A stretch of 64,000 nucleotides of DNA from Nitrospirota bacterium. GTDB taxonomy: Bacteria; Nitrospirota; Thermodesulfovibrionia; Thermodesulfovibrionales; SM23-35. Numbering within the stretch: the stretch's first letter is position 1; every line of letters starts with the position of its first letter. The translations under genes were made by a program, and so were the position numbers. The notes under the pieces were generated by a model. The model did not search any database. It was not told the origin of the DNA and saw nothing but the letters and a program-made list of their open reading frames with translations. The stretch spans positions 6,851-70,850 of the forward strand of contig JACAFE010000032.1 in assembly GCA_013388435.1 (NCBI GenBank), given 5' to 3'. Positions 36,300-47,017 of this stretch are shown here, piece after piece.

Positions 36300-37721
36300 T
36301 TAATTATTTTCATTGTAATGTTTGATAATCTGCTCTGCAAGATAAACAGCTTCTTCATGTTTTTTTATTTCTCCCCTATCCTGAGCCTCCCTGATTTTAC
36401 GAATAATCCTACCGATTTCAGGCCCCTGCTCTATTCCTAATTTTATAATATCATCCCCGGTTATAAGATTAGGTGCACTTATTTTTGCTTTAATCCAGTC
36501 GAAATAATCAAAAATAATCTTCTTTAAAGAAAGAATTAGACCATCCCTGATTTCTGAAGCAGAATTTTTACCCTGCGAACTCATAACATCGGCTATTGAG
36601 AGAATAAGAACAGCGATTGAATTATCATTCATCTTTCGGAACCATTTTAGTTTTGACAATTTTTTCACACGCCTGACAGCTAAATTAAGGGCATTAATAT
36701 GTTCTGCTATCATTTTAAAAATAAACTCCGTATCAGCTCTTGAAAGTTTGAGACGCCTGGCAATATTTAAAAATATTTTTGCTCCTTCTTTATCATGTCC
36801 ATAAAAAGTTATTTTATCTTTATTTGAATCGAATGCTTTTGTTGAAGGCTTACCAATATCATGTAATAAAGCAGAAAGTTTTAATAATTGTCTTTTTTTA
36901 GTATCTATTATCTTTGATACCATATCTCCATATGCACCAAAGAATACTGATAGATTATTCAAAATGCCTTCTGTATTTTCCATCGTAAACAATGAATGTT
37001 CCCAGACATCAAGATGATGAAATCCATCTTGCCCGCGCTTTTTCATTGGTACTATTTCAGGAAATATAATGTCCAGAATTCCTAACTTGTCCATTTCCCT
37101 GAAAGCAGAGTTGCTTCTGGTAGTAGCTAAAATAAGATAGATCTCGGACATTATTCTTTCCGGCGAAACGTTTGGAAGTAAATGTATGGAACTGGTTAAA
37201 TGTTTTAGAGTTGAATTTTCTATTTTGAGTTCAAAAACAGAAGAAAAACGAAATGCCCTTAGAATTCGCAGGGGATCATCAGAAAAACATTTGCTATAGG
37301 TCATACGAATTATTTTTTCTTTTAAATCTTTCTCGGATTGAAAGGGATCAATTATTTTCCCCGATGATACTTCGATTGCTCCTGAATTTATAGTGAAATC
37401 TCTTTTTGAAAGGTCTTCCTCAATTGTTTTCCCACGCATTTCTGATATATCAATAAAACTTGAAATGTCATTTCTGTCAACTACTCTGTAGCAGGGTTCA
37501 TCAGGCTTTTTCTCGAGCGGCACAAAAGCAGCGTTTTTTTTCTTTGAAATTTCAAGAGCTATTTCTTTAGCATTTCTGCAGGTAATATCAATATCTTTTG
37601 GTTTTTCCCCTGATAGAATATCCCTGACAGTGCCACCGACAAGATAGAACTCTGTCTTCCCAATCATATCCCTGTCAAGCCATTTTCCAACTATATGCTC
37701 TATTTTTATCATATTTTCCAT
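36300..37721 (-). CDS. cca: CCA-adding tRNA nucleotidyltransferase / poly(A) polymerase family with HD domain
   Basis: 473 aa. GGTVRDILSGEKPKDIDI, RDFTINS, and the HD motif LLHDIGKP. Confidence 0.8.
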   Translation of the reverse strand: MENMIKIEHIVGKWLDRDMIGKTEFYLVGGTVRDILSGEKPKDIDITCRNAKEIALEISKKKNAAFVPLEKKPDEPCYRVVDRNDISSFIDISEMRGKTIEEDLSKRDFTINSGAIEVSSGKIIDPFQSEKDLKEKIIRMTYSKCFSDDPLRILRAFRFSSVFELKIENSTLKHLTSSIHLLPNVSPERIMSEIYLILATTRSNSAFREMDKLGILDIIFPEIVPMKKRGQDGFHHLDVWEHSLFTMENTEGILNNLSVFFGAYGDMVSKIIDTKKRQLLKLSALLHDIGKPSTKAFDSNKDKITFYGHDKEGAKIFLNIARRLKLSRADTEFIFKMIAEHINALNLAVRRVKKLSKLKWFRKMNDNSIAVLILSIADVMSSQGKNSASEIRDGLILSLKKIIFDYFDWIKAKISAPNLITGDDIIKLGIEQGPEIGRIIRKIREAQDRGEIKKHEEAVYLAEQIIKHYNENN

Positions 37722-37825
37722 ATTATATTGTAATGGTGTATTATATTATGTGAATTTATAAAAATATATTTAAACCAGAATAATGCAGACATTGCTCAAA
37801 AATTCATTTTATGAAAATAAAATAT

Positions 37826-37993
37826 ATAGCAATAACTCAATTTGTGAAACAAAATAACTACCTTAGTATAGGGAAATGGCTTTATTTTGTATTGTAATGT
37901 ATTTACATCTTTTTTCACTGAGGCTTACGCTTCGTCTCCAGCCTCAGTATTAAAAGACACGTGATTTTGTTTCATAAATCGAGTTATTGCTAT
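37826..37993. repeat. 168-bp element bounded by 30-bp imperfect inverted repeats (MITE-like or structured RNA)
   Basis: The left arm atagcaataactcaatttgtgaaacaaaat (37826-37855) matches the reverse complement of the right arm attttgtttcataaatcgagttattgctat (37964-37993) at 28 of 30 positions. An internal GC-rich hairpin pairs ctgaggct (37918-37925) with agcctcag (37940-37947). Confidence 0.7.
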
Positions 37994-38043
37994 TTAATTA
38001 TGTTATTAAATGTTTACATTATTTCAATTTTATTTTTATGTAA

Positions 38044-40098
<2,055 letters not shown>

Positions 40099-40114
40099 AG
40101 GAGGTGGATTTAAA

Positions 40115-40492
40115 ATGAAAGCTTCAATGTCGGGTCTGGTTTTAATTTTTGTATTAATTTTGGCAGCTTCAGGATGTGCTTCCAGGGGAACTGCTCATAT
40201 TGAAAGTATCGCAAGCGCTGAACTCGGAATTAAAATAGCCAAAGACAGCAATGCAACAATTAACGCACCTCTTGAACTCAAGTTTGCTGAAGACAAGCTG
40301 TCTGCTGCGAGAGCAGCTGCAACCAGAGAAGATTTTGTAACCGCAAAACGTCTTGCTGACGAAGCACTGGTTGATGCCAAACTCGCCGAGTCCAAATCAA
40401 TTACAATCAAAGCAAAAAAACAGGCACAGGAAATGCGTGATGCTATTGATACATTACGCAAAGAAATTGACCGCACACAAATGCAGAAATAA
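40115..40492 (+). CDS. DUF4398-like lipoprotein
   Basis: 125 aa, lipobox LAASGCAS, and a helical Ala-rich body (PLELKFAEDKLSAARAAATREDFVTAKRLADEA). Confidence 0.65.
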   Translation: MKASMSGLVLIFVLILAASGCASRGTAHIESIASAELGIKIAKDSNATINAPLELKFAEDKLSAARAAATREDFVTAKRLADEALVDAKLAESKSITIKAKKQAQEMRDAIDTLRKEIDRTQMQK

Positions 40493-40511
40493 CAAACATG
40501 GAGAAAATATT

Positions 40512-42155
40512 ATGAAAAATTATTCATATTTATACAATTCGATCAAAAAAGTATTTTTACTCCTTTTTATCGCTTCATTTTTTGCTGCAGGATGTGCAAC
40601 TGTACCTGAGAGAAATGTTGCACTCGAAAATGCACGCACAGTATATGAAAAGGCTCAGGCAAACCCTGAAGTCTCAAAAAATGCTCCTGTAGCTTTGCAC
40701 GAAGCCGCACAGGCTTTAAGCAGAGCAGAAAGAGCAAAAGATAATGAGGAGAAAACACATCTTGCTTATATAGCCGAAAAAATGGCTCAGATAGCTGTTT
40801 CTCTTGCCGAACAAAAAACCTCAGAAAAAGAAGCTGAAGAATTAAGTCAGGAAAAAAATAAGATAGTTCTTCAAGCTCGAGAGATTGAACTTAAAAAAGC
40901 GCTTAATTTAGCTGAAACAAGATTGATGGATGCAGAACGTGCAAGAAAGCAGGCTGAAACAAAAGCCCTTGAACTTGAAAAATCAAAAGGAGAAGCTGAA
41001 CTTCTTGCAAGACAGGCCGAAGCTGCTAAAAAAGAGATAGAAGCAAGAATTATTGAACTTGAAAGAGCAAAAAAGGAAGCTGAAATTCTTGCGCAACAAA
41101 GGGAAGAAGCAAGAAAAGCTGCTGAAAATTCCGCGGTTCAAGCTGAACTTGCGAGAAAAGAAGCCGAGGCAAAAGCACTCGAACTTGAAAAAGCTAAACA
41201 ACTGGCTGAAACAAGAGCTATTGAGATTCAAAGAGCCAAAGAACAGGTTGAGTCTCTCGCAAGGATAAACGAAATAGCAAGAAAAGAAGCCGAGGCAAAA
41301 GCTCTCGAAATAGAACGTACAAAAGGTCAGGTGGACTCTCTTTTAAAACAAAATGAAGCCGCTAAAAAAGAACTTGAAGCAAGAGAAATAGAAATTGAGA
41401 GAGCTAAAAAATTAGCTGAAGCATTATCCCAGCAGAATGAAGCTGCAAGAAAAGAAGCTGAAGCAAGAGCACTCGAGATAGAGAGAGCTAAAAAATTAGC
41501 TGAAACATTGGCTCAGCAAAATGAGGCTGCTAAAAAAGAACTTGAGGCAAGAGAAATTGAGCTTAAAAAAATAAGGGGTGAAGCAGAAGCAAAAACTATT
41601 GAAGCTGAAAAGGCAAAAAAAGAAGCCGAGAAAAAAGCTCTTGAGCTTGCGAAAGCGAGAGAAGAGACAGAAATCAGAAAACTTGAAGCTGAAATGGCGC
41701 GCAGCAAGATTGAAGAAACAATGGCTCAAAGGAAGCTTCTCGAAAAAGAATTGAGCGAACTAAAAGCTAAACAGACCGATAGAGGAGTTGTTCTTACACT
41801 TGGTGATATTCTTTTTGAGACAGGAAAATCCAATCTAATGCCAGGCGCCAGAAGAACAATAAACACAATCGCGGATTTTTTAAAAAAATATCCAAAACGT
41901 AACATTGTTATTGAAGGGTTCACAGATAATGTCGGAAGCGACAAATTCAATATTAAGCTTTCCCAGCGCAGAGCAAGCGCTGTAAGAACAGCTTTAATGA
42001 ATAAAGGCATATCATCTGACAGAATTGCGGTTAAAGGATATGGCAAGAAATATCCTGTTGCTACAAACAAAACAGCAGAGGGAAGGCAACAAAACAGAAG
42101 AGTTGAAATAGTAATACTTGATGAAGGAGTTCTACCAGAAAAAATGCTGCGTTAA
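40512..42155 (+). CDS. OmpA-family lipoprotein with DUF4398-like N-terminus and about 300-aa repetitive coiled coil
   Basis: Start set at MKNYSY (ATG 40512) with lipobox FFAAGCAT. The C-terminal OmpA domain reads GVVLTLGDILFETGKSNL..IEGFTDNVGSDKFNIKLSQRRA..NRRVEIVI. Confidence 0.85.
   Translation: MKNYSYLYNSIKKVFLLLFIASFFAAGCATVPERNVALENARTVYEKAQANPEVSKNAPVALHEAAQALSRAERAKDNEEKTHLAYIAEKMAQIAVSLAEQKTSEKEAEELSQEKNKIVLQAREIELKKALNLAETRLMDAERARKQAETKALELEKSKGEAELLARQAEAAKKEIEARIIELERAKKEAEILAQQREEARKAAENSAVQAELARKEAEAKALELEKAKQLAETRAIEIQRAKEQVESLARINEIARKEAEAKALEIERTKGQVDSLLKQNEAAKKELEAREIEIERAKKLAEALSQQNEAARKEAEARALEIERAKKLAETLAQQNEAAKKELEAREIELKKIRGEAEAKTIEAEKAKKEAEKKALELAKAREETEIRKLEAEMARSKIEETMAQRKLLEKELSELKAKQTDRGVVLTLGDILFETGKSNLMPGARRTINTIADFLKKYPKRNIVIEGFTDNVGSDKFNIKLSQRRASAVRTALMNKGISSDRIAVKGYGKKYPVATNKTAEGRQQNRRVEIVILDEGVLPEKMLR
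41376..41570 (+). repeat. In-frame 84-bp (28-aa) tandem repeat inside the OmpA-family gene
   Basis: The units at 41376-41459 and 41460-41543 encode EAREIEIERAKKLAEALSQQNEAARKEA and EARALEIERAKKLAETLAQQNEAAKKEL, followed by a partial third unit. More diverged copies span about 40900-41700. Confidence 0.8.
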
Positions 42156-42249
42156 GAAATAAACGGGGTCTGTGTATAAACACCTTTTTAATTTTTTGGT
42201 TCAATAAGGATTTATAATGGGAATCCGGCGAATATACACAGACTCTACT

Positions 42250-43167
42250 TTATAATCTACCTTCTTCTTTTAACCTGTTAACGATTTTTTGTATTTCCGG
42301 CAAAGCTGAAATCGCTGCTTTTTCTCCCTCGAGCACTGCTTCATGTCTTTTTGAGAAATCTGCCGAACCTATATATCCAACTTTTGGTTTTATAACCACA
42401 TCAGCTTTTGCAAGTTGTATTGAAGATAATTTTGAATACATTATATTTATTGAATGCATAATTGTTTCGATTGTTCCTTTAGGTATAGAGGATGAGGTAT
42501 CGCCTGAAATATCCACTGCAATTACAACATCTGCTCCCATTTTTCTTGCTGCATCTACTGCAACAGGACTGACAACCCCGCCATCAACATACATCCTTCC
42601 TGAAATTACAGGCGGCATAAAAACTCCAGGTATAGAACAGCTTGCTCTGACAGCAGTGCCCGTATTCCCTGTCCCAAATATTATTTCATTGCCTGTTTGC
42701 ACATCTGTTGCCACTGCATAAAAGGGTATTCTTAGTTTCTCCATAGGAGTGTTTCTGAGCATGAAATTAATATATTTTTCAAGCTTCTCACCTTTGATAA
42801 ATCCATTATCAGGAATCCCAAGATCTATTAAATCATCTTTTTGAAGCTCAAATGAAAATTTCTGGAGTTCGAATGCATTAAATCCATAAGCATACAGAGA
42901 ACCCACAAAACTTCCCGCACTTGTTCCCACAATCATATGTATAGGAATCTTATTAGTTTCAAGGACTTTTAAAACTCCGATATGCGCAAAACCTTTTGAA
43001 GCGCCGGCTCCAAGAACTACAGCAATTTTTGCAGGTTTTACAGGTGGTTTTGTTTCTACAGGAGCACAGGAGAATGAATAAAATACTAATACTAAAAAGG
43101 TAAGAAATAGTATTTTCTTTGTAAAATGTAGAATTTCAATATTTTTTATATCAAGTAATAAAGACAT
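42250..43167 (-). CDS. Patatin-like phospholipase, exported/lipoprotein
   Basis: 305 aa. Oxyanion motif GAGASKGFAHIGV, the nucleophile motif GTSAGS, the Asp motif VDGGV, and the N-terminal signal FYSFSC. Confidence 0.85.
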   Translation of the reverse strand: MSLLLDIKNIEILHFTKKILFLTFLVLVFYSFSCAPVETKPPVKPAKIAVVLGAGASKGFAHIGVLKVLETNKIPIHMIVGTSAGSFVGSLYAYGFNAFELQKFSFELQKDDLIDLGIPDNGFIKGEKLEKYINFMLRNTPMEKLRIPFYAVATDVQTGNEIIFGTGNTGTAVRASCSIPGVFMPPVISGRMYVDGGVVSPVAVDAARKMGADVVIAVDISGDTSSSIPKGTIETIMHSINIMYSKLSSIQLAKADVVIKPKVGYIGSADFSKRHEAVLEGEKAAISALPEIQKIVNRLKEEGRL

Positions 43168-43348
43168 TGACTTAAATATTCACCTCCTTGTAAAGAGTCT
43201 AATAATTATATATATCAAAAACATTATAACCAACGAAACTATGAAGATATTATAATCCATAAAATGAGCTTCTCAATTCTTAATTCATAAATTTGATATC
43301 ATTAATTTTTCAGAGTCAATTACCTGATTATCTTTAAAAATTATATTG

Positions 43349-43756
43349 TTATTTAATAACTCGGGATACTATTTTTACAACAAATATTGCGGCTTTAATA
43401 GCTTCCTGGGCGTCCTTAAAGTCATACTCATCTGTGGGAATAAAATCCTCATCTCCATAAAAAGCGAGTTCTCTTTCTTTGCGAAGTTTTTTAGAGATTT
43501 TTATAATCTTATCGAGTTCTTTTAAAACAAATATAGGTAATAAAGATTTGTTTTCTTTTAATATAGGGCTCACGTCATGCCATTTTGGTGGTTCAATTCC
43601 AACATATCTAAGTAATCCTTTCAGAGCAAGTTCAACAATTTCTTGAGATTCTCTTACAACATCAGAATAAGCTTCTTCTTGAAGAAGCACATCAAGTATT
43701 TTTAATCTTTTTGTTGCTTTAATTAGATAACTCTTTGCAAGGCTATTTGTTGTCAT
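43349..43756 (-). CDS. HEPN domain protein (toxin-like partner of MNT)
   Basis: 135 aa, all-helical pattern (AKSYLIKATKRLKILDVLLQEEAYSDVVRESQEIVELALKGLL..WHDV). It overlaps the upstream nucleotidyltransferase gene by 4 nt. Confidence 0.7.
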   Translation of the reverse strand: MTTNSLAKSYLIKATKRLKILDVLLQEEAYSDVVRESQEIVELALKGLLRYVGIEPPKWHDVSPILKENKSLLPIFVLKELDKIIKISKKLRKERELAFYGDEDFIPTDEYDFKDAQEAIKAAIFVVKIVSRVIK

Positions 43757-44217
43757 ATTTCTATTATTTCACCTAACTTTAAATCAGGCTTTAAAATCCA
43801 ATACCATTTTGTTCCTTTTAAAACTTTTTTTGATCCAAGTTCTTTAAACCTTATTTTTAAATTTTCGATTATTCTCTGAAAAAAATCGTTTTTATCATAA
43901 ACAATAATTGAATCGGTAACCATGTCGAAAAGAATAGGACTTCCGTAAGAGATTTCTTCGGGCGTTTTAATAATAGGTGATATATAATGCGGAATATTTT
44001 TAATTTTTACTTCTACATTATCTATAAACTCTTCGATCCTTTTCATCTTTCTTTTAGGAAGTCTGTCAACTATTAAAAGCAAATCAATATCTGATTCTGG
44101 TGTATATGTACCTCTTGAAAAAGACCCAAAAATTATCAAACTAACAAGTCTTTCTTTGTAATAGTTAAGGACAGATTTTTTTATTTCTTTAATATATTTG
44201 TTTGAATCTCTTTTCAT
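43753..44217 (-). CDS. Minimal nucleotidyltransferase (MNT) domain protein
   Basis: 154 aa with the NTase motif IFGSFSRGTYTPESDIDLLLIV. Confidence 0.8.
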   Translation of the reverse strand: MKRDSNKYIKEIKKSVLNYYKERLVSLIIFGSFSRGTYTPESDIDLLLIVDRLPKRKMKRIEEFIDNVEVKIKNIPHYISPIIKTPEEISYGSPILFDMVTDSIIVYDKNDFFQRIIENLKIRFKELGSKKVLKGTKWYWILKPDLKLGEIIEI

Positions 44218-44296
44218 AGAAAAACTATACCAAAATGTCCTTGGAACTTCAAATTATTATTTAGGGTATGGAAATTAGAAATAAACCTGTTGGTAT

Positions 44297-45355
44297 TTAT
44301 TCTTTCCCCATAGAAGTTGAAAGTTTTCTAAGCTGTTCTTTAGTAAGTGGTGAGCCATAGCCAGCGTAATGCAACCCTGTATTTGAAATTTTTTCAAAAG
44401 GTTCCCATTTGCCATTTATATAATTAAACGGAACAAAATTGTATTGAACTCCTTCAGCTACAGGGATGATACCCTTTGATTGCTTTAATTCACCATTTTC
44501 AAGCCATGTAAGAATAAACGAACCACTCTGTGCTTTTTTAGCATTATCTGAGCCATGACAGTCAGCGCACTTTCTTCCTTCTTTCATGATTGAATGGCTG
44601 TTCTGAGGCGCAAACATAAGAAATGTTTTGTTATCCTTTAAAACATATGTCTGCATCGTTCCTGCTGTTACCTGTCCATTATAATTAATTAAAAATGTCC
44701 AGCCAGAAAGCTTCATATCAACACGTTTTTTATCATTTACAAGTGTTTCAAAGTGACAATTTGAGCAGCTTACAACATGTCTTACATGACATGCGTTGCA
44801 GTCGAGTCTGCCATTATGTATTTTATGAGCTGTGGTTTCAGTAATCACTTGATGACAGTTTTCACATTTTGCGTCAATTGCTCCTGTCTGTTTCATTGAA
44901 TTGTATTCCTTACCATCTCCATGAACATCGCGAGCAGTATGGCAGTCCATGCATTGCATACCTTTTGAAAAATGTACATCTTGCTGTTTATTATCTGAAT
45001 CTATTTTCATTATAGTTCTTTCCCTTTTGTGGCAATTCAAACAGACATCCTGATTCCTCGCTGCTTTTACAGTATATACTGCCTTGTTTCCATCAATAGT
45101 CTTATGGCAAACATCACATGATCCAATATGACAATTTACACAATCCAGTTTTCCGCTTAAATACGGCAATCCAGTATGAGTCTCGAGTCCGCCGTTTTCT
45201 TTATCATACCAGTATGCCATACCTCTTGTTGTATAATGAAGGCTGGAATTAAAAAAAGAACTTTGGTTTTTTGTTTCAGCTGCTATTGAAATTCCTGAGA
45301 TAAAAAATATAAAAAAGCCTATTAAAAATATTTGCTTTATTATTTTATCGGACAT
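44297..45355 (-). CDS. Octahaem c-type cytochrome, exported
   Basis: Eight CXXCH motifs: CVNCH, CDVCH, CLNCH, CMDCH, CENCH, CNACH, CSNCH, CADCH. The signal is IFLIGFFIFFISGISIAAE. Start set at the ATG at 45353-45355, 7 nt after GGAGG. Confidence 0.85.
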   Translation of the reverse strand: MSDKIIKQIFLIGFFIFFISGISIAAETKNQSSFFNSSLHYTTRGMAYWYDKENGGLETHTGLPYLSGKLDCVNCHIGSCDVCHKTIDGNKAVYTVKAARNQDVCLNCHKRERTIMKIDSDNKQQDVHFSKGMQCMDCHTARDVHGDGKEYNSMKQTGAIDAKCENCHQVITETTAHKIHNGRLDCNACHVRHVVSCSNCHFETLVNDKKRVDMKLSGWTFLINYNGQVTAGTMQTYVLKDNKTFLMFAPQNSHSIMKEGRKCADCHGSDNAKKAQSGSFILTWLENGELKQSKGIIPVAEGVQYNFVPFNYINGKWEPFEKISNTGLHYAGYGSPLTKEQLRKLSTSMGKE

Positions 45356-45445
45356 AAATGCCTCCTTTTCAGGAAATATCATAATCAAATAAATAGATTC
45401 AGATAATTATAAGTTTATTTTAGAAAATTCAACTAATAAAATAAC

Positions 45446-45613
45446 TTATACTCTATCGCACGGTCTGCAGGCTATTTTTTCAAGATTTTGCTCGTCGATT
45501 TCATTGATATATTCTTTCAAAGAAAATTTCTTGCCACATTCCATGCAGTTGCAGGTAACCATCCTGCAAGAAATAATTACTTTTACATTACCACCACATA
45601 TTTTACATTGCAT
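45446..45613 (-). CDS. 55-aa zinc-ribbon-like ORF (not in ORF track)
   Basis: My translation is MQCKICGGNVKVIISCRMVTCNCMECGKKFSLKEYINEIDEQNLEKIACRPCDRV*. It has Cys pairs but no obvious Shine-Dalgarno sequence. Confidence 0.35.
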   Translation of the reverse strand: MQCKICGGNVKVIISCRMVTCNCMECGKKFSLKEYINEIDEQNLEKIACRPCDRV

Positions 45614-45840
45614 AACGCAATAGTATAACTCTATTTTATTTTCAAATCCAGAAAAAAATTAATTCGAAAAGTGAAATTGAAATAATACAGATTTTGCGAA
45701 AAAATTTATTTTAAAGATATCAAACAGTTAGTATCTGTATTCAATAAAGAGCATTTATGGGTTATTGGTAGAAATTATTTACTGAAATTATTGAGACTAA
45801 ATATGTATATGATATTTTCTTCTTAGAAATTAGGTTTAAG

Positions 45841-46914
45841 TTACATTTTTACATTACATTTCAAATCAATTAAAGATAAAATCTTTTTATCAATCTCTTC
45901 AGGACTAACTACCATTCCGCCTGTCCTTCCATAGAATAATACTTCGGATCTGCCATTTATTGCTAATTTAACATCTTCAAGCATCTGACCTGCATTCATT
46001 TCAACAACAAGGAATCTTTTGTTTTCATCGGAAATTAAAAAAAGTTCATTTTCAGGGAAAGGGAATAAAGTAACAGGTCTGAATAGCCCGACTTTAATAC
46101 CCTTCCGTCTAAGTTTGATCACAGAAGAAAGAGCTATTCTCGCTGCTATACCGAACGCAACTACAATTAATTCCGCATCATCTATAAAATGACCTTCTGA
46201 AATTACCTCTTTATTTTTAATATTTTTATATTTCTTTTGTAATTTATTATTCATCATTTCAAGTTCACCGTCTCCCATATATAATGTTTTAATAACATGT
46301 GGGAGACGTCCCTCGCACCCATCAATTATCCAGTCTTTGTCAGGGAGTTCAGGTTTTTTGTAATCTGTCGGATAAAAAGGCTCCATCATCTGGCCAATTA
46401 TTGCATCTCCGAGTATCATTACCGGTGTCCTGTACTCATCGGCTTTATCAAAAGCGAGGATTGTAAGATCCCACAATTCTTGCACGCTGTATGGTGCATA
46501 CACAATTATTTTATAATCACCATGACCTCCGCCTTTTACCGCCTGAAAATAATCAGCCTGGCTTGCTGAAATATTTCCAAGACCCGGTCCGCCTCTCTGC
46601 ATGTTTACAATTACACAAGGAAGTTCAGCTCCTGCAAGAAATGATATTGCTTCCTGTTTGAGGCTGATGCCCGGACTGCTCGATGAAGTCATAGCTCTAA
46701 TGCCAGCCGCAGACGCGCCATAAACCATATTAATAGCAGCGAGTTCGCTCTCTGCCTGTATAAAAACCCCACCAACTTCAAGCATTCTCCATGATAGATA
46801 TTCGGGTATTTCATTCTGTGGAGTTATAGGATAACCGGCATAAAATCTACATCCTGCGCGCACAGCAGCTTCAGCGATAGCTTCATTTCCTTTCATTAAT
46901 ATTCTTGTTTTCAT
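45841..46914 (-). CDS. 2-oxoacid:ferredoxin oxidoreductase alpha subunit (KorA/PorA family), no beta subunit nearby
   Basis: GNEAIAEAAVRAGCRFYAGYPITPQNEI, AMTSSSSPGISL, and VNMQRGGPGLGN. I chose the ATG at 46912-46914 over the TTG at 46920. Confidence 0.8.
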   Translation of the reverse strand: MKTRILMKGNEAIAEAAVRAGCRFYAGYPITPQNEIPEYLSWRMLEVGGVFIQAESELAAINMVYGASAAGIRAMTSSSSPGISLKQEAISFLAGAELPCVIVNMQRGGPGLGNISASQADYFQAVKGGGHGDYKIIVYAPYSVQELWDLTILAFDKADEYRTPVMILGDAIIGQMMEPFYPTDYKKPELPDKDWIIDGCEGRLPHVIKTLYMGDGELEMMNNKLQKKYKNIKNKEVISEGHFIDDAELIVVAFGIAARIALSSVIKLRRKGIKVGLFRPVTLFPFPENELFLISDENKRFLVVEMNAGQMLEDVKLAINGRSEVLFYGRTGGMVVSPEEIDKKILSLIDLKCNVKM

Positions 46915-47017
46915 TATCAAAATTATACCATATTTATACTCACCAGAATAAATAACTGTTTTATCTTCAACTATAACAAAATCTCAGAATTTAGATTATA
47001 ATAAATAAAAAACTCTT

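Noticed and set aside
40353-40511. N-terminal extension of the OmpA-family ORF (600-aa version in the track)
   Set aside because: The extension overlaps the preceding DUF4398 lipoprotein gene in another frame. The internal Met at 40512 is followed by a proper lipoprotein signal (FFAAGC).
40900-41700. Periodic repeats that might suggest a CRISPR-like array (also 60267-60487)
   Set aside because: The repeats are contiguous with no spacers, in frame, and encode coiled-coil heptads inside long ORFs. No cas genes are present.
42168-42243. 11-bp inverted repeat gtctgtgtata / tatacacagac spanning the whole OmpA-patatin convergent spacer
   Set aside because: The repeat is real, but the 54-nt loop makes it a poor intrinsic terminator. 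I could not assign a function. A similar imperfect pair flanks the 61582-61655 spacer.
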